The notes beneath the pieces were generated by a model. That model ran no database searches and was not told the DNA's origin. It saw only the letters and a list, made by a program, of their open reading frames with translations. This document shows positions 60,301-64,000 of a stretch of DNA of 64,000 nucleotides, in pieces. Positions within the stretch are counted from its first letter, which is position 1; each line of letters begins with the position of its first letter. Source of the DNA: Cyanophora paradoxa CCMP329 (taxonomy: Eukaryota > Plantae > Glaucophyta); the NCBI GenBank assembly GCA_004431415.1, contig QPMI01000482.1, positions 372,001 to 436,000 on the forward strand. The letters run 5' to 3'. A program made the position numbers and the translations under genes.

Positions 60301-61996
60301 GGTCGAGCTCGACGCCTTTCAGGACCGCCGCCCGGGGCAGCACCGCGCCATGTACCGGTCTGCGAAACAACAATCTACTAGTTATAATTTTACACTGATT
60401 GAAGTCATTCGAATATTTAACTTAAGCTTAGTAATTCGGTTCTCGAACTCGCTCGCATTAAGTTTTCTGCTCGGTAAACATCAGGTGCGACAAGTGCAAG
60501 CTCCCGACTCCAGACTGTCTCGTATCGGAGTGCAGTCACATGTTCTGCCGGGGGGTGCGCCAATCCTCAACATAGACATCGAGCTTTGCATACTTTCCGA
60601 CTCGAACTAACTATTTAATGCCGGTACCTATACCACCTGCACATGCGTCGCAGTGCGTGCACAAGATGCTGATCGAGTGGAAGGGGTGCCTGTATGGCGT
60701 GGACTCCAAGGAAGACAGCTTCCGCTGCAGCATCTGCGGCAATCACAAGGAGGTGCCCTCTCCTGCGTTTAAATTGGGGTTAAGTTGTCCTGAAAATTGA
60801 TGCGAATTTAAATGCAGATCAAAGAGAGCTCCCTGAAACGCATCATCTCCCCGGAGGAGTTTTGCTCTGTCGAGCTCAGCGTGCGCTCATAATCAGTGTC
60901 GCCGGCTTATCTTTTCATAATAACAATAATCTAAATGAATCGTTTGTACATGACAGGAAGAGGTTCGGGCGATTCGTAGTCGAATGGACAACGTTGCGCA
61001 TGCAGCCGAAATCAAGAAATACGGCAGCAAGGTGAGCTCCGGACCAGAATTGTTCAAAATCTTGATGAAAGAAGTATGTCATCATATAAATGCGTATGGG
61101 TGCAGGTGCTCGCTGTCCGGGATACGCTGCGGATGATTCGGGAGCAGGCGAACACAGCTGCTGGCGAGCAGCTACCGAAGGCCGTCATCTTCTCCGAGGT
61201 AAGACCCATTTTTATATGCATGTGCTTGCTGCACGTATGTGTAATGAGTTCCGTTGATATATAATCGCCGTACCTCGCGTGCGCAGAGCGCGAACGCGCT
61301 GGGGAAGGTGAAGGAGGCGTGCGGGGCGCTGTCGCCGCCGCTGAAGTGCGTCGGCTTCGGGAAGATCGGGGAGCTGGGGGCGGCCATCTCCGAGTTCCAG
61401 AGCAAGGGCGACGTCGCCGCCCTCCTCCTCCCCATCACCACCTGCGCCTCCGGCCTCAACCTCACCGCCGTCCGCCCGGGCCCCGCCCCGCCGCCTCCAA
61501 AATAGAAGGTCCACCTCAATTGCAAGCTCACAGAATCTCGCGCAGGCCAACCACGTCTTTCTAATGGAGCCCAGCCTGATGCCTTCCCTCGGTGCGCAAA
61601 ACCAAGCTTGCGAAAATACATATGACCGAGCTTGCGCAAAATTTAGAGCGAGCGGACTTGAAATAATATTGCTTAAAATTAACTTGAATCGGTTATGACG
61701 CGATTGTGGCAAGCGCAGAGCAGCAGGCGATCGGGCGGGTGTACCGCCTGGGCCAGACGCGGGCGACGCACGTGCACCGCTTCTGCACGGCGAACACCAT
61801 CGAGCAGCTCATCCTCGACCGCCAGGCACCCGAGGCGGAGGGCGCCGAGGCTGGCGCAGAGGGGGCGTCGCAGGGCGCTGGCGCTGGCCCCAGCGGCGTG
61901 ATATCGATGCCCGCGGCCGTCCGGCGGCGGCAGCCGCGCATCATCGAGATCGGAGACCTCTTTGCTGACCGCGAGCCTTTCCCAGCGCACTTGTAA
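54387..61996 (+). CDS. Rad5/16- or SHPRH-like SNF2 helicase with C3HC4 RING finger (5' exons less certain)
   Basis: LHTFQLRCIDWMVDRE, SEMGLGKT, TLVIVPTTLIKQW, WFRVIIDEAQ, RWFLTGTPI, MIRHSK; RING CDKC...CSHMFCRGC...CSIC; YGSKV, KAVIFS, ASGLNLTAANHVFLMEP, EQQAIGRVYRLGQTR, NTIEQ. Confidence 0.9.
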
Positions 61997-62513
61997 TCTT
62001 CCTATCATAAATATTGGATTGCACTCGCGCAGCGCTTTCCGGATTCGCGCTGTATCACACTCTTAATCGAGCTCTTTTCTTTCGTATACAGAGTTGTCTT
62101 CTTAAGCTTCAGGCTGAGCTCAGGTTTTGACAATGCATGCTTATATATATGTATGTTTAATTAGCTGGGATCCGGAGTTCGTAAGCTTGCCAGGTTAACG
62201 TTGGAGCACTCCGAGGTCCGAAAGAATATGATATGCATAATCACGTATACGTATACGATACGTATAGCACTTCGAATTCGATTTGTTAGCACGCATCTCA
62301 TGACCAGATGGCCAGCTGCAAAACTCATGTATACGTAGACATCGATATCGATATCGATAGTTTTGTTTTCGGGTTTTGAAACTTATAATTATGTTTAGCG
62401 CTAGCGCGCTTATTTGTTTTTCCCTTTCATATCATGTGTGCATATGCATGCACTGCAGCTGCGGCAGTACTAGTCGCTTCGCAATCTGCAAGCCGCGCTT
62501 CATTTTCATGCAA

Positions 62514-62722
62514 AAAAAGCATTAGACATGTAGGTGCAGTCGCAATTATTTTCGCAACTTCATATTCAATACAGAAAAAGCTTTAGACATGTTGATGCAG
62601 TCGCAATGATTTTAGCAACGTTTAACGAGTTCAACGGTTTTCGCGAACTCGCAAAAAGCAAACCTCTAGATATAGCTATGAGGCTATCCATTTAAATTGA
62701 AAACAAAGCTTTAGACATGTAG
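62514..62722. repeat. Diverged direct repeats (about 45-bp core, 61-bp period, plus a partial third copy)
   Basis: aaaaagcattagacatgtaggtgcagtcgcaattattttcgcaac / aaaaagctttagacatgttgatgcagtcgcaatgattttagcaac / aaagctttagacatgtag. Confidence 0.75.
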
Positions 62723-63262
62723 AGAAGGTGTGGCAAGAATTGCAGTAGGCATATACTCCAATTATTCCAAGTCCCGGTACCGGTACACCAGTCCCCAGCT
62801 AACAATGCTGGCAATATAAGCACAGGCCAAAGGGATCGGCCGCCGACTGGGTGGGTCGCGGACGTCGACGCCCGGCCCGCTGGCGGCTCTATATGGCGAT
62901 CTAGATCGGATCTCTCTCGCTGCGCGCGGCGCCAGCTGCAGGTCAACGGTCCCCCCCAGCATTCGATCGCCCGCACCGAATTCAAAACTACAGCTAGCTG
63001 TAGCCATAGATATTATACATATATTTCATATTAGGAACTAGTTTCGTGCATGCATGTGGGGCCTCGGAATCATCACTCCCCCGGCCCTCCGCCTTCGCTG
63101 CCACTCATGATCAGATACTCCGGTACTAATATTTCAACATGTACAGCGAATTCGAATTGAATATTCACATTATGTACACGCACGAGGCCTCCGACTCATG
63201 AGAGGATTTACAGAAACGTCGGCCGCGGGCGGGGTCTTCGCGCTCTCGTCTCGCGATCGGGC

Positions 63263-64000
63263 TCACTTGGTGGGGGCGGCCGCCCCGTTGGGGGCCCCGT
63301 TCGGGGGCGGCGTGGAGGGCGAGGGGGCCCCCCAGACGTCCCGGCGCGACGCGTCGAAGTGGATGGTCAGGCCCCTCCACACCTGCGGGGGGCGCGCCTG
63401 AGCGGGGCGGGGGATCCCGGGGGTCGGGGGGGGGGGGGGGGGGGGGGGGGCGGGGGCGGGGGCACCTTGTGGTAGTCGGGGTCGCGGAGGGGCGAGTCGT
63501 AGAGGGCCCTGGAGACGCTGAGCATGAAGTTGGTCTGCGGGCGAGGAGGGGCCCGGCTTCAGCGAGGAGCGGGGGCGGGGGCGGGGGCGGGGGCGGGGGC
63601 GGGGCGGGGACGGGCCTCGAACATGAAGGCGAGGGTGCCCTCGGCGACGCGCTTCGGGGCGAGGCGCTCGACCACCGCCCCGTCGTGGCACTCCTGGTCC
63701 GGCCTGCCCCGGCCCCGCATCATCACCAGCAGGCGCCTCGGGCCGCCGAGTCGGGCGCCTCGCACGCGCATCCCGGGCCGCGAGCCCAGCGTGTGGAGGC
63801 GGCCCCGGGATTCGGGGTACGCACCCGTGGGCGGTCATGCAGTTGTGGACCGAGAAGCCCCCAGGGAGGAATCCCTCCTGCGGAGAAGAAGCGGTCAGGA
63901 TGGGTGAAGAGGGGAAGGGGGAGTAGGAGAGGTACAAGTCACCCGCTTGGCCTCGTAGTGCCCGTGGATGAGCTGCCGGGCCGGTCAGATGCAGCGGCGG
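63263..64000 (-). CDS. HGD: Homogentisate 1,2-dioxygenase, 3' exons (gene continues beyond the window)
   Basis: LIHGHYEAKR|EGFLPGGFSVHNCMTAHG|PDQE...GTLAFMFE|TNFML...DPDYHK|VWRGLTIHF, matching the HGD/HmgA C-terminus (GxYxAK.GFxPGGxSLHxxMxxHGPD...LAFMFE). Confidence 0.93.
   Translation of the reverse strand, partial: PPLHLTGPAAHPRALRGQAGDLYLSYSPFPSSPILTASSPQEGFLPGGFSVHNCMTAHGCVPRIPGPPPHAGLAARDARARRPTRRPEAPAGDDAGPGQAGPGVPRRGGGRAPRPEARRRGHPRLHVRGPSPPRPRPRPRPRPRSSLKPGPSSPADQLHAQRLQGPLRLAPPRPRLPQGAPAPAPPPPPPPPTPGIPRPAQARPPQVWRGLTIHFDASRRDVWGAPSPSTPPPNGAPNGAAAPTK

Noticed and set aside
53850-62900. Terminal inverted repeats bounding the SNF2 island
   Set aside because: Only short GACGTCGAC-type palindromic matches were seen, which are common throughout the window.
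1-64000. Numerous 200-600 aa Arg/Pro/Gly/Ala-rich ORFs in the six-frame track
   Set aside because: Expected in very GC-rich DNA with few stops; they run through introns or antisense to real spliced genes.

Overview
Eukaryotic, very GC-rich, intron-dense DNA from a flagellated protist or alga. Introns are mostly 50-110 nt and GC-AG introns are frequent. The style would fit a glaucophyte such as Cyanophora, but that is inference only. Most long ORFs in the six-frame track are GC artefacts, so genes were reconstructed by manual splicing. The dominant structure is a near-identical three-copy head-to-tail amplification (6290-39083; units about 11.9, 9.35 and 11.5 kb) joined at a 3-bp CTG microhomology. 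Each unit carries an FTR1-family iron permease with an extra C-terminal 4-TM domain, TBCCD1, a hypothetical gene and the 5' part of a DUF6697-like gene. The copies differ by an 8-bp deletion, a 105-bp intron+exon duplication in FTR1, a 295-bp duplication upstream of FTR1 and a 2.28-kb deletion that stops 12 bp short of the FTR1 stop codon. Left of the array are two paralogous DUF6697-like genes and a PB1-domain gene. Right of it are DRC7/CCDC135, a PIH1D2-like gene, a hAT-type MITE, two small hypothetical genes, a Zn-finger SDR oxidoreductase, a Rad5/SHPRH-like SNF2-RING helicase with AT-rich introns, and the 3' end of homogentisate 1,2-dioxygenase. Many single-base homopolymer indels look like uncorrected long-read errors.
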